64,000 bases of DNA from Minisyncoccia bacterium (lineage in GTDB: Bacteria; Patescibacteriota; Minisyncoccia; UBA6257; JAAZHW01), in NCBI GenBank assembly GCA_041550235.1, contig JBFEPE010000002.1:909-64908 (forward strand), written 5' to 3'. A model generated the notes under the pieces. That model did not search any database. It was not told the origin of the DNA and saw nothing but the letters and a program-made list of their open reading frames with translations. Both the position numbers and the translations under genes were made by a program. Shown here piece by piece: positions 1-9,484 of the stretch. Each line of letters opens with the position of its first letter. Within the stretch, counting starts at the first letter, position 1.

Positions 1-1146
1 GTAGAAATAGGTAAAAAATATTATCCATCAATAAATTTAATAGAGGGATTAGAAAATAAAGAATCGGGGATACCGCCCGATGTAGATTTTTCATTATTTT
101 GGGATGCATGGCGAATAATCCAAACCGATTATTTAAAAAATAATGATTTAGATCGTCAAAAAATGGTTTATGGAGCAATAGAAGGATTGGTAGATTCATT
201 AGACGATCCTCATTCTGTTTTTTTTAGTCCTGAAAGAGCAGATAGATTTTTAGATGATACTGGTGGAAGTTTTAGTGGGGTGGGAATGGAAATTGGAATA
301 AGAAAAAAAGTGCTAACTATTATTGCTCCACTTAAAGGAACACCCGCATATAATGCTGGCTTAAAGGCGGGCGATATGATTTTAGAAATAGATGGTGAGA
401 CAACTGAGGATTTAGCGATTGAGGAGGCAGTTGGCAAAATAAGGGGAGAGAAGGGAACGGAGGTTGTTTTGAATATATATAGGGATAGTTTTGAAAAGCC
501 AAGAGATTTCTCAGTGATTAGAGATACAATTATTATTCCATCATCAGAGGTTAATTTCTTGGAAAATAATATCGCCCACTTAAAATTGATGAATTTCAAT
601 GAGAATGCTCCTAATGCATTTTATAATTCGGCTCTTGAAATTGCGGGCAGAAATAGTTCGGGTATTATTTTGGATTTGAGAAATAATCCTGGCGGGTATT
701 TGGAAATTTCCGTTCATATTGCTAGTTGGTTTTTGAATAGTGGCGAAGTTGTTGTTCGTCAAAATATTAAGGGGATAGAAGAGGATGTTTTGAGGTCATC
801 AGGTAATGAGGCATTTTCAGAGGTGCCAATTGTAATTTTAGTAAATGAAGGAAGTGCTTCAGCTTCTGAGATTTTGGCAGGTGCATTGAGGGATAATAGG
901 GGAGTTAAGATGGTTGGGAAAAAGACATTTGGGAAGGGTTCTGTTCAGGTAATGGAAAAATTATTTGATGATTCTATGATTAAGCTCACGATAGCAGAGT
1001 GGCTCACTCCTAATGGGATTTCCATAAATAATAATGGGCTTGAGCCCGATTATGAAGTGGATTTACCGGAAGATTGGCAAGAAGGAGATGATGATCCTCA
1101 ATTAGATAAGGCAGTTGAGATCCTCAATGAGATTATAGGGAGATAA
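1..1146 (+). CDS. ctpA: S41 C-terminal processing peptidase (PDZ + peptidase S41), 5' end outside window
   Basis: LDDPHS, GVGMEI PDZ, ILDLRNNPGG, SASASEILAGAL and KTFGKGSVQ motifs; frame open from base 1. Confidence 0.95.
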   Translation, partial: VEIGKKYYPSINLIEGLENKESGIPPDVDFSLFWDAWRIIQTDYLKNNDLDRQKMVYGAIEGLVDSLDDPHSVFFSPERADRFLDDTGGSFSGVGMEIGIRKKVLTIIAPLKGTPAYNAGLKAGDMILEIDGETTEDLAIEEAVGKIRGEKGTEVVLNIYRDSFEKPRDFSVIRDTIIIPSSEVNFLENNIAHLKLMNFNENAPNAFYNSALEIAGRNSSGIILDLRNNPGGYLEISVHIASWFLNSGEVVVRQNIKGIEEDVLRSSGNEAFSEVPIVILVNEGSASASEILAGALRDNRGVKMVGKKTFGKGSVQVMEKLFDDSMIKLTIAEWLTPNGISINNNGLEPDYEVDLPEDWQEGDDDPQLDKAVEILNEIIGR

Positions 1147-1168
1147 TTTTTAAATATTTTTAGATAAT

Positions 1169-1201
1169 AAAAAAGCAGGGCATACAGAGTGCCCTGTTTT
1201 T
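1169..1201. terminator. bidirectional intrinsic terminator
   Basis: A-tract, GCAGGGCA/TGCCCTGT stem, T-tract between convergent genes. Confidence 0.8.
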
Positions 1202-1222
1202 AGTTGCCTGTATTTCAGGCAA

Positions 1223-1645
1223 CTATTCTTGATTAATATCCTGAACCACTATTTTAAATAGTGATTCCTTGGGCGAGGTGCATCTTAAAACGATGCGACG
1301 ACTTTCATTTGGGAAGAGAAGAATGACTAGCCCATTTCCCTCTTTGGGTTCAAAGGGGATTTTTGAGCGAAAGTTTATCCCCATTTCTGAGCATTCTGCA
1401 CACAAGCAACTTTTAGGATGATATATGAAGAATTTTCTCCCCTCGGCTCTTAAAACATAGATGGTCCCATACTGCCTTACTTCTATTTCCAAAGGACCTT
1501 CTTCGAATTTAAATTCTCCTTTCACCTCTACCTTTCCTACTTTTGTTTTAATTATACTTTCTTTTTTTTCTACCACCCTTATTTTTGAAAGTAGAGATGA
1601 GGCGACAATTAAAACGATTAAAAAAATCAAAGATGTCTTTTTCAT
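1223..1645 (-). CDS. orphan secreted or membrane-anchored protein
   Basis: 140-aa ORF with signal-peptide-like N-terminus, AGGAG SD and its own promoter. Confidence 0.75.
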   Translation of the reverse strand: MKKTSLIFLIVLIVASSLLSKIRVVEKKESIIKTKVGKVEVKGEFKFEEGPLEIEVRQYGTIYVLRAEGRKFFIYHPKSCLCAECSEMGINFRSKIPFEPKEGNGLVILLFPNESRRIVLRCTSPKESLFKIVVQDINQE

Positions 1646-1717
1646 TTTTTTCTCCTGTTTTTTTTATATTCTATTTTTAAACATTCTTTAAGAAACTTTT
1701 CCCAGTTTCTTGCCTCT

Positions 1718-1746
1718 ATTATATCATAAATAAATATATTTGTCAA
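1718..1746 (-). promoter_or_regulatory. sigma70-type promoter
   Basis: TTGACA-17-TATAAT with TG extension on minus strand. Confidence 0.75.
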
Positions 1747-1782
1747 TATGCGGGGATAATTTGATATATAATGGTAAGGACG

Positions 1783-1940
1783 AACACCCCGTCTCAGCCA
1801 CGTTGAAATTGCGAAGCAATTTCTTTCGTGGCGAGCCACCCCTCTATAAGAGGGCAGAATGTCCGCCTATGGCGGGGAATAAGATAAGAAAAGCTTCGAT
1901 GGGCGAAACCCGCCTTCGTCAAGACTTCGGCGAGGCGAAG
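1783..1940. repeat. composite nested palindromic repeat cluster
   Basis: CACCCCGTC..CCACCCCTCT..AGAGG element with inserted GCCACGTTGAAATTGC.. and GCAGAATGTCCGCCTATGGCGG modules, then CCCGCCTTCGTCAAGACTTCGGCGAGG; all recur elsewhere in the window. Confidence 0.9.
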
Positions 1941-1946
1941 AAAAAT

Positions 1947-2387
1947 ATGAAGATTATATTATTAAAAGATGTGAGGGGGATTGGGAAGAAAAATGAAATT
2001 AAAATAGTGGCGGATGGATTCGCCCGAAATTTTTTGATTCCAAATGGATTAGCAATATTGGCAACAAAAGAAAAAGAGAAAAAAATTGATGAGTTAAATG
2101 TCAAAAAAAATAGAGATGATGAAAAAATGAAATTAAAGCAAAAAGAATTGGTGAAAAAAATAGAATCAATAAAATTAGAATTTGAATTAAGGGGAGGGAA
2201 GGGGACTGCCTTTGGTTCAGTGAGTAAGGAAGATATTCAATCAAAATTGAAGAAAGAGGGTATTGATATTAGTATTAAGCAAATAGAGTTAGAAAAGAAT
2301 ATTAAGAAAAGTGGGGAAAATAATATAAAAATAAAATTTGCCCCGCAGATTGAGGCAAATCTAAGAATTTTGGTGAAGATAATTTAA
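1947..2387 (+). CDS. rplI: 50S ribosomal protein L9
   Basis: [32 protein letters not shown]; start reset to ATG 1947 because the upstream extension is repeat DNA. Confidence 0.95.
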   Translation: MKIILLKDVRGIGKKNEIKIVADGFARNFLIPNGLAILATKEKEKKIDELNVKKNRDDEKMKLKQKELVKKIESIKLEFELRGGKGTAFGSVSKEDIQSKLKKEGIDISIKQIELEKNIKKSGENNIKIKFAPQIEANLRILVKII

Positions 2388-2400
2388 TTTATAATCAAGG

Positions 2401-2599
2401 CGAGAATAAAACTATTTTTCTAATAACAGCACCCCACCCCTCGCAGGGCGAGGGGTCGATATATGCTATTATTTTTATATATTTAGATTACGATGAGAAT
2501 AAAATTATTTCTAATAGCAACAATCCACCCCTCGCGGGGCGAGGGGTGGGCATATCTTATATTATTTAATAGATTATGATGAGAATAAAACTATTTTTC
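2401..2599. repeat. about 90-bp tandem units, each a copy of the downstream gene start plus a GC hairpin
   Basis: GAGAATAAAA(C/T)TATTT at about 2402, 2495 and 2581, with ACCCCTCGC-NNN-GCGAGGGGT hairpins between. Confidence 0.85.
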
Positions 2600-3703
2600 A
2601 AAAAAGCAATTATGGAGATAATGAGTTGGGTGGTTGGAATTTGGGGGGTTTTGAGTAGAAAAAAATTTTCAAATAACCCTCAAAAAATAGCCATTCTTTT
2701 TTTGGATTTAGGAATAGGCGATTCAGTTATGCTTTCGCCCATTATCCAAAAAATTGCTGATATATTCAGCCAATCAAAGGTTTTCTTAATAACCCCAACA
2801 GAAGAAATAATCAATTTTAAAAATGTAGAATACCTTAAAGAGAATGAATTTAAAAAAATAAAAAAAGAATTTGATTTAATTATTTCACCCACTTTGTGCC
2901 TGTGGCACTTTCCTTATATTTTTTCTGCAAAAAATTGGATTGGATATTTTGCCAAAACAAAAATTCAGTCTAATTTTAACTTTTTAAAAAATAAAAAAAT
3001 TATTTATTATAAACCAATAGGAGGGCATTATATTATTAGAGGAATTAATTTAATAAAGGCAATAAACAAAGAGGCGGGGGATGAGATGGAAAGAGATTTT
3101 AATAACAAGAGTATTGAATATCCTCTCTTAATATCAAAAGAGCCATCGTATTTTAAAGATGAATTGGAGGGTAAAAAATATATTGCATTAGCACCTGTTT
3201 GTAAGTCTTTGGCAAAGCAATGGCCATTGATGAATTTTGTTGAGATTTGTCGTTATCTTTTTAAAAATAAGGGATTAGATAAAATTGTTTTGTTGGGCGA
3301 TGGCAGTCAATGGGACAAAAATTTTATTTCTAATATGATAAAAGAATTGAGTGATTTGCCACAGGGGGTAATACTTGATGTTGCTGGAAAGAATACACTC
3401 ACGGAAACAATATTTGTTATTAAAAATTCTGAAATTTTTGTCGGGCTTGATTCGGCGCCAGCTCATTTTGCATATTTAAATACCAAGAAGGTGCTGACTA
3501 TTTTTGTAAATATAAATCCTATGGAGATATCTCCGGTTGGAAATTTGAAAAATGTGGAATTTTTGTTTCCCGATGATGAGAGTTATATTTATGGTTATAG
3601 TGGGCTATTAGAAGGGGATGTTGAGTTTTCTCAGAAGTTATTAAAATCAATGCCTGTTCAAAAGGCAATAGATAAGATAAATAATTTATTTGACAAAAGA
3701 TAA
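2576..3703 (+). CDS. glycosyltransferase family 9
   Basis: GIGDSVMLSP, KQWP and FVGLDSAPAHFA motifs. Confidence 0.85.
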   Translation: MMRIKLFFKKAIMEIMSWVVGIWGVLSRKKFSNNPQKIAILFLDLGIGDSVMLSPIIQKIADIFSQSKVFLITPTEEIINFKNVEYLKENEFKKIKKEFDLIISPTLCLWHFPYIFSAKNWIGYFAKTKIQSNFNFLKNKKIIYYKPIGGHYIIRGINLIKAINKEAGDEMERDFNNKSIEYPLLISKEPSYFKDELEGKKYIALAPVCKSLAKQWPLMNFVEICRYLFKNKGLDKIVLLGDGSQWDKNFISNMIKELSDLPQGVILDVAGKNTLTETIFVIKNSEIFVGLDSAPAHFAYLNTKKVLTIFVNINPMEISPVGNLKNVEFLFPDDESYIYGYSGLLEGDVEFSQKLLKSMPVQKAIDKINNLFDKR

Positions 3704-3797
3704 ATTATGAGTATAATGTATATTGAGTAGTGAATATGAAATATTCTTTTTTTATCGGAAAGGTCGCACTACTTATTGATTGAAAGAAAAAATAATT

Positions 3798-4118
3798 ATG
3801 GCTTCAGCAAACAGCGATAAGGATTTTCTTGAATTCATTATCAAGGCATTAGTTGATAATCCTGACAAGGTGGAAGTAAATAGGGTTGTTGATGAGATGG
3901 GAGTCTTGCTAAATGTTAAAATCGATCCTAAGGATATGGGTAGGATTATTGGCAGGGCTGGTGCAACTATCAGAGCTATTCGTTCTTTAACTAAATTAGT
4001 TGGTCTAAAGAATAATGCTCGTGTGAATGTCAAGATTGAGGAACCTGCTGGTGGTTCAAGAGTTTCCGGTGGATCAAGTGAGTCATCTGATGTAATGGAT
4101 GATTTGAATAATATCTAG
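3798..4118 (+). CDS. khpA: KH-domain RNA-binding protein
   Basis: FIIKALVDNPD..DMGRIIGRAGATIRAIR. Confidence 0.9.
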   Translation: MASANSDKDFLEFIIKALVDNPDKVEVNRVVDEMGVLLNVKIDPKDMGRIIGRAGATIRAIRSLTKLVGLKNNARVNVKIEEPAGGSRVSGGSSESSDVMDDLNNI

Positions 4119-4143
4119 GAAATTTTTAATTAGTATTTACTAT

Positions 4144-4184
4144 AAAAGACTAATCCCGTCCTTTCGGACGGGATTAGTCTTTTT
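4144..4184. terminator. bidirectional intrinsic terminator
   Basis: AAAAGACTAATCCCGTCC-TTTC-GGACGGGATTAGTCTTTT. Confidence 0.85.
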
Positions 4185-4217
4185 GTGCCGTATTCCCTTT
4201 TTTAAAAAATCAACAAG

Positions 4218-4299
4218 TGCCGGGGGCGGGAATCGAACCCGCATGAATTGCTTCACACGATTTTGAGTCGTGCGCGTCTACCAATTCCGCCACCCCGGC
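4218..4299 (-). tRNA. tRNA-Leu(CAA)
   Basis: cloverleaf with CACGA-CTCAAAA-TCGTG anticodon arm and long variable arm. Confidence 0.95.
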
Positions 4300-4408
4300 T
4301 TATTTATATTATTATTCTACAAAATTTTAAATAAATTGGAATACCCTGCTCGCATTGATTTTTTGATAATAATTTGGTATTATTTGATTATTAAATAAGT
4401 AATTATAA

Positions 4409-4445
4409 ATACCTCCTCCCCCGCCGAAGGCGGGGGAGGAGGTAT
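4409..4445. repeat. GC-rich palindrome (long-stem family)
   Basis: perfect 17-bp stem ATACCTCCTCCCCCGCC-GAA-GGCGGGGGAGGAGGTAT. Confidence 0.9.
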
Positions 4446-4484
4446 AAGAATAGTCAGCATATAATTTTAATAAATAGCAAAAAT

Positions 4485-5327
4485 ATGAAAAAAATAGGAA
4501 TCATTACAATAATAATCTTGCTCTTGCTTGGGCTAATCGCTGGATTAATAATCGGCTGGTTAGCAGGCAGAAAGGGATTAGAAGATTGCCAAAAAAATAA
4601 GGGACCATTAAATGCGACCTATGATGTTGAGGGAGAATTATTTACCCTTTCACAAGGAGAGGCAGAGAAAAAACTTTCTCAAACAGGTGGGTCTTCAATT
4701 ATTAAAGTGAAAATTTGGGAGGAGCCAGTTTACGGAGATTTAAATAGCGATGGCATAAGTGATGCCGCATTGATTTTTACTTACGAAGATGAAGATGACT
4801 TTGTTAATTATTATATTTCAGCCGCAATAAAAGATGAGACAAATGACAAATATGATGGATTAAGAGCGGTTTTTTTGGGAGAAGAAATTTCCCCAAAGAA
4901 TTTAATAATCGAAGAAGGTGCAATATTTGTAGATTATGACGATAGGGGACAGAGCGATTCAATATCAGTGAAGCCATATATTGCTCTAGCCAAAACATTT
5001 TTTGTAGAAAGTAATCAGTTGAAAGAATTGGATGTTTTTGCAATTGGCGGACAAAGGGATGATTTTGGTTGTTTGGGTCCAGCAGGGTATTCTTGGGACT
5101 CGGAAATAGAGGCATGTATTCGCCCTTGGGAAATAAATGAAGCCCAAAGAGAGGCGGCAAAAATCGCTGTGGATTATGTTGGATCAGCGGAGGGAATTAC
5201 TATTTTAGAGGTGGAGCAATTTAAATGCCCTGGCTGTTTTCGTGTTTCAATAGAAAAAGATGATAAAAAAATATTAGTGAATTTAGTTGATTTAAAAATA
5301 ACAAAGGTGGAGGAGCATGAATATTAA
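4485..5327 (+). CDS. membrane-anchored exported hypothetical protein
   Basis: N-terminal TM helix, GDLNSDG motif, Cys motif GGQRDDFGCLGPAGYSW. Confidence 0.8.
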   Translation: MKKIGIITIIILLLLGLIAGLIIGWLAGRKGLEDCQKNKGPLNATYDVEGELFTLSQGEAEKKLSQTGGSSIIKVKIWEEPVYGDLNSDGISDAALIFTYEDEDDFVNYYISAAIKDETNDKYDGLRAVFLGEEISPKNLIIEEGAIFVDYDDRGQSDSISVKPYIALAKTFFVESNQLKELDVFAIGGQRDDFGCLGPAGYSWDSEIEACIRPWEINEAQREAAKIAVDYVGSAEGITILEVEQFKCPGCFRVSIEKDDKKILVNLVDLKITKVEEHEY

Positions 5328-5802
5328 ATTCAATAAAAAAAATGGCTTTACTTTATTAGAGGTTTTAATATCCATTTCTATTTTAGCAATAATAGGTGTT
5401 ATTGGATTTACTTATTTAGCAAATTATAGGAGGTCGTCTCAGTTGAATTTAGAAGCGGGTAGAATAGTTGGTTATTTTCGCCAGACACAAAATAATGCAA
5501 TAGCCGGTAAGAATTTATCAGATTGGGGGATTCATTTTTCTAATCCGAGTGGAGATGGTGGGGATTTTTTTGTTATTTTTGAGGGGAGTTCTTTTGGCTC
5601 AAGCACTACAACAGAGAGAATTTATCTAAATAAGGGGGTTGGGTTTAGCATTCCCGCCGATGATAGTTCCATTGATGTTATCTTTCAGAGAAATAGTGGA
5701 AGGACAAGTTCCTCTACTATTTCAATAATATCAAAGGTTAATACAAATTTAAGCAAGCAAATTAAAATAAATTCATTAGGACAAATAATCAGCAGCGAAT
5801 AG
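5317..5802 (+). CDS. type IV pilin-like protein
   Basis: prepilin cleavage motif KNGFTLLEVL followed by a hydrophobic helix. Confidence 0.9.
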   Translation: MNIKFNKKNGFTLLEVLISISILAIIGVIGFTYLANYRRSSQLNLEAGRIVGYFRQTQNNAIAGKNLSDWGIHFSNPSGDGGDFFVIFEGSSFGSSTTTERIYLNKGVGFSIPADDSSIDVIFQRNSGRTSSSTISIISKVNTNLSKQIKINSLGQIISSE

Positions 5803-5865
5803 TCATTAAACAATTAAAAGAGAGTCATATTAAGGGCCGAGGTCGTCATTAAATTATAAAAGAAT

Positions 5866-6333
5866 ATGGATAAAGAAACAGAAAAAATACTGACTCTTTT
5901 AGAGACAAATGAAACCCTATTAGAAAAATTCTACTCATTATGCAGAGCTCATTTCCCCGAAAAAAAAGATTTTTTTGAGCATTTAATGAAGGATGAAAAT
6001 AATCATGCTCAATGGGTAAGAATGATGAGGGCAAAGATAATGAAAGATGGAATTTCTCTTAGAGAATCAATTTGGACAAATTCACTCGCTAAATTTTTTG
6101 AAAAATCAACTAATGCGATATCAGATCTCGTCTCAAAAAAAATGGACTTAACTAAGGCATTGTTTTCAGCTGTGGAGTTAGAAAAAGGAATGTTAGAGAA
6201 GGATTATTTTGAATCAATGATCCCTCATTTAAAATCAGAAGAAACTAAAGATTTTTTAATTCGTCTTTCAAATGCAACAAAAATTCATCTTAAAGAGGTT
6301 GAAGAAGAATGGAAAAAAGAAGTATCATCTTAA
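5866..6333 (+). CDS. ferritin/rubrerythrin-like protein
   Basis: E..EKFY..LMKDENNH..ELEK four-helix pattern. Confidence 0.65.
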   Translation: MDKETEKILTLLETNETLLEKFYSLCRAHFPEKKDFFEHLMKDENNHAQWVRMMRAKIMKDGISLRESIWTNSLAKFFEKSTNAISDLVSKKMDLTKALFSAVELEKGMLEKDYFESMIPHLKSEETKDFLIRLSNATKIHLKEVEEEWKKEVSS

Positions 6334-7106
6334 AAAAAGAAGAGAATCAAATATTAAACGAGAAGCATAAAGGCATTAAGAATGTCGGTTTTTTTAATGA
6401 CTTAGAAAAATTAAAAAAAGGGGTGCCAGTTGATTATATTATTGGTTGGGTTGATTTTTTAAATTGTAAAATAGATTTGTCTCTTAAGCCTCTCATCCCA
6501 AGAGTAGAAACAGAATTTTGGGTTGAGAAGGTAATAATGGAAATATTAGAATTATCAAAAGATAATAAATTAAAAGTTTTAGATATTTTTTCTGGCTCAG
6601 GCTGTATTGGCGTTTCAATATTAAAAAATTGCCCCAATACAAAAGTTGATTTTGCCGAAGTTAATTCAAAATTTATTAAACAAATAAAAAAGAATCTATC
6701 GATAAACAAAATTCTCTATCCTTCATCATTGAAAGATAGAGGCAGGGCAAATATTATTCAATCAAATATTTTTGATAATATTAAAGATAAATATGATATT
6801 ATTTTGGCAAATCCGCCCTATGTTTCCACTAATAGAAGGGGCAATGTTCAAAGATCAGTTTTGGAATATGAGCCGAGTGAGGCTGTTTTTGGTGGAAAAG
6901 ATGGGCTATTTTTTATTAGAGATTTTTTAGCGAAAGCGAAAGATTATTTGTTGTCAAAAGGCAATATAGAGCCATTTATTTATTTAGAGTTTGATTCTTT
7001 TCAAAAAAGCAAAATAGAAAATATGCTTGCAGAATATAATTATTCAAGTTGGCAATTTTTCAAAGATCAATTCAATCGCTGGCGATTTGCTAAAATTTTT
7101 AAGTAG
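6309..7106 (+). CDS. prmC: release factor glutamine methyltransferase (HemK/PrmC)
   Basis: PVDYIIG, LIPRVETE, LDIFSGSGCI, ANPPY, YEPSEAVFGGKDG. Confidence 0.92.
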   Translation: MEKRSIILKKEENQILNEKHKGIKNVGFFNDLEKLKKGVPVDYIIGWVDFLNCKIDLSLKPLIPRVETEFWVEKVIMEILELSKDNKLKVLDIFSGSGCIGVSILKNCPNTKVDFAEVNSKFIKQIKKNLSINKILYPSSLKDRGRANIIQSNIFDNIKDKYDIILANPPYVSTNRRGNVQRSVLEYEPSEAVFGGKDGLFFIRDFLAKAKDYLLSKGNIEPFIYLEFDSFQKSKIENMLAEYNYSSWQFFKDQFNRWRFAKIFK

Positions 7107-7157
7107 CAGACGATAATTATTATATATTTTGAGAAACATTAAGATAAGATAATACTG

Positions 7158-7257
7158 ATACATCCCCCCCGCCTACGGCGGGGGGGATGTATGCTTGGTT
7201 TATTATATAATCTGCCCCTCGCGAAGTATGTTATCCGCCTTTGGCAGGCAAGGGCAG
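7158..7257. repeat. GC-rich palindromes
   Basis: ATACATCCCCCCCGCC-TAC-GGCGGGGGGGATGTAT plus a degenerate composite element. Confidence 0.85.
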
Positions 7258-7273
7258 GTGCCATTAGCAAAGA

Positions 7274-8056
7274 TTACTTATAATAAATATTGGGAAGATG
7301 GCGGATGTCTAAATATTCTAATGAGGCGAAATCAAAATTTTGCGAAATGAGATTATTTATCGCTAATAAATTTCTCTTTAAATCAAGGGAATCAATCATT
7401 ATTTCCCAATTTGATTCCTCATTTCCCAAAATAAGATTAATATTTTTTGATTCTATTTCCATCTCAATAAGTCCAAATTTATTATCAGCAACATCCTTTA
7501 TTTTTATGATATCATCAAAGTCTTCTTCAGAGAAAATATAGTCGCCTAATTCATACAATCTCCCCGAAAAATCATTTATAAATAGCACATTTTTTTCTAA
7601 TAAGTGATTATTAGAAAAGGCAATAAATATCTGCCCCTTATTATCAAATAAGAAGCATTTTTCATAATCTTCTTTTTGGCATAATTTTCCAAATATTTCT
7701 TTTTCAATTATTTTTATTTCCAATTCTTTATTTTTCCAGCCCTTTATAATATCAAAATCACTTATTGGTAGAAATTGAGAAAAGAAATTTTTTATATTTT
7801 TCTTTTTGATAAGAAGAAGGTTGTTTGATAGTTTTTTTTGAGATAAGTATTCACCCCACTCATTTTCTAATAATTCTCTGTCTAAAAACTTGATATCGCC
7901 TGATAATTTTGATTCTTTTATTTTGAAAAAGTTTGAGAAAATTGTGAAATAAGATAATAGAATTATCATCACAAAAATTGATAGAAAGACTATCATTTCT
8001 ATCCTTTTTTTGTCTTTATTTTTTGATTTCCTTGTCGGAGAGCGATATATTGTCAT
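7274..8056 (-). CDS. FtsQ/DivIB-like cell division protein
   Basis: basic N-tail, single TM, POTRA-like FFKIKE..ELEIKIIEK, C-terminal EYLDIR. Confidence 0.7.
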   Translation of the reverse strand: MTIYRSPTRKSKNKDKKRIEMIVFLSIFVMIILLSYFTIFSNFFKIKESKLSGDIKFLDRELLENEWGEYLSQKKLSNNLLLIKKKNIKNFFSQFLPISDFDIIKGWKNKELEIKIIEKEIFGKLCQKEDYEKCFLFDNKGQIFIAFSNNHLLEKNVLFINDFSGRLYELGDYIFSEEDFDDIIKIKDVADNKFGLIEMEIESKNINLILGNEESNWEIMIDSLDLKRNLLAINNLISQNFDFASLEYLDIRHLPNIYYK

Positions 8057-8136
8057 ATATTTGATTATATTAAATATTTAATATATTGCTAATTTTTTAA
8101 GGTTAGAGTTGTAAAAAATTTGGTGGGTAAATAAGA

Positions 8137-9180
8137 GTGGGGTATAATGAGAAAATAATTAAAAAATTTATGAAAATAAAAAGACCCGAATCAAAAAAAT
8201 CTATCTTCCAAGTTCTTATTGATGAAATACAAATTCCATCTATTTGGTTATGGAAATGGTCAGAGAAAGATTATAAAAAAAGCCTAGAGTTAAACATTGA
8301 TGGATATATGGTAAATTTTTACTTTCTTTTGGACAAATTTTCGCAAGACGAAAAATTAAAAGATAGACAATGGCCCATGAGAGGAAGAGTAATCATTTTT
8401 ATTAAAAATCTAGATAAAATATTTGTAGATGGCTTAAAAAATCCGGCAGGAAAAAATTCGCAATTGGTTGCAGAAAAAATATACAATATATATAAGATAA
8501 CTTTAGACAAGGTTGTTTCTTATAGTCGCTGGGTAACAAATTTACCGAGCATTTTAGACGGCATACCTACTAGTTTTGGGGAGATGTTTGGGAACGAAAA
8601 ATTAATTTTGTCGAAAACACATGTTCATTGGAGAGAAGGAAATGATGAATTTAAACCGTTTCAGCCCAAAATAAAAAAAACGAAAGGAAAAATTAACCCA
8701 GTCTTTAAGAGTAAAAATTTGTTGACGGTTGAAAAATGGCAAAAAGTTAGAAATTTTACTAACGGCGATATATCAATATTAAATAGCGAAATCGAGGAGC
8801 TTTTACGCATAAAATCAAAAGCAATTTGGAGAGAGAAGAGAATTGCAGTAATTGAGACAGCGGCTTTGATGGAGGTAATAATTAGAAATAAAGTTCATAA
8901 AGCATTAGAAAAACAGGGCCAAAGTAAAACCAAAATTGAATGTTTTAATGAAGAGGCAGGATTTTCCACATTATTAAACCTTTTATTGCCATTGATTTTG
9001 ACTAGAAATGAAGTTAAGAAATATAAGAAACATATCGATAACTTGGATAAATTAAGAAAAATACGAAATAATATCATGCATCGAAATATTAAAAATGAAA
9101 ACATTAATGAAGAACATATAATCTTGGCTATAAATTCAGCAATAAAAATTATTCAAATTTTAAATAAAAAATTCATCTGA
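8137..9180 (+). CDS. HEPN-domain (ApeA-like) putative RNase/defence protein
   Basis: C-terminal helical region with E and RNNIMH (R-X4-H) motif; start may be ATG 8170. Confidence 0.6.
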   Translation: MGYNEKIIKKFMKIKRPESKKSIFQVLIDEIQIPSIWLWKWSEKDYKKSLELNIDGYMVNFYFLLDKFSQDEKLKDRQWPMRGRVIIFIKNLDKIFVDGLKNPAGKNSQLVAEKIYNIYKITLDKVVSYSRWVTNLPSILDGIPTSFGEMFGNEKLILSKTHVHWREGNDEFKPFQPKIKKTKGKINPVFKSKNLLTVEKWQKVRNFTNGDISILNSEIEELLRIKSKAIWREKRIAVIETAALMEVIIRNKVHKALEKQGQSKTKIECFNEEAGFSTLLNLLLPLILTRNEVKKYKKHIDNLDKLRKIRNNIMHRNIKNENINEEHIILAINSAIKIIQILNKKFI

Positions 9181-9221
9181 TTTTCCTAATCATGATAAAA
9201 TTTATACTCTTAATTCTGAGT

Positions 9222-9293
9222 AAAAAAATGGGCCCAGGAAAGCCCTAGTCCCACTTAATATCTTTAATATATCAAATTTAAATAAAATGTCAA
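9222..9293 (-). ncRNA. putative ~40-nt RNA unit (promoter, hairpin, U-tract)
   Basis: TTGACA-16-TATATT followed directly by TGGGACTAGG-GCTTT-CCTGGGCCCA-TTTTTTT; no ORF. Confidence 0.4.
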
Positions 9294-9374
9294 ATTTTAA
9301 ATTGTGGATAATTTTTTAAATTAGCAAAAAAGATAATTATGGATATAATATAGATAAAATATTGAACCATCCAC

Positions 9375-9460
9375 TCCCGCCCGCCGTAGGCGGGGGATAT
9401 CGGCAAATCAAATAAAATTATATAGTTAATAAATCCCCTCGCCCTTGCGGGCGAGGGGAT
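9375..9460. repeat. two GC-rich palindromes
   Basis: CCCGCC-GTA-GGCGGG and ATCCCCTCGCCC-TTGC-GGGCGAGGGGAT. Confidence 0.85.
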
Positions 9461-9484
9461 GGATGACAAATTATTATCAAAAAT

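Noticed and set aside
1740-1946. 69-aa N-terminal extension of L9, and similar extensions for rplC (11732) and ftsL-like (32497)
   Set aside because: These translate repeat DNA from weak starts; family homology begins at the downstream ATG.
4409-4445. Treating the GC palindromes as intrinsic terminators
   Set aside because: They lack T-tracts and often lie just 5' of start codons or within operons.
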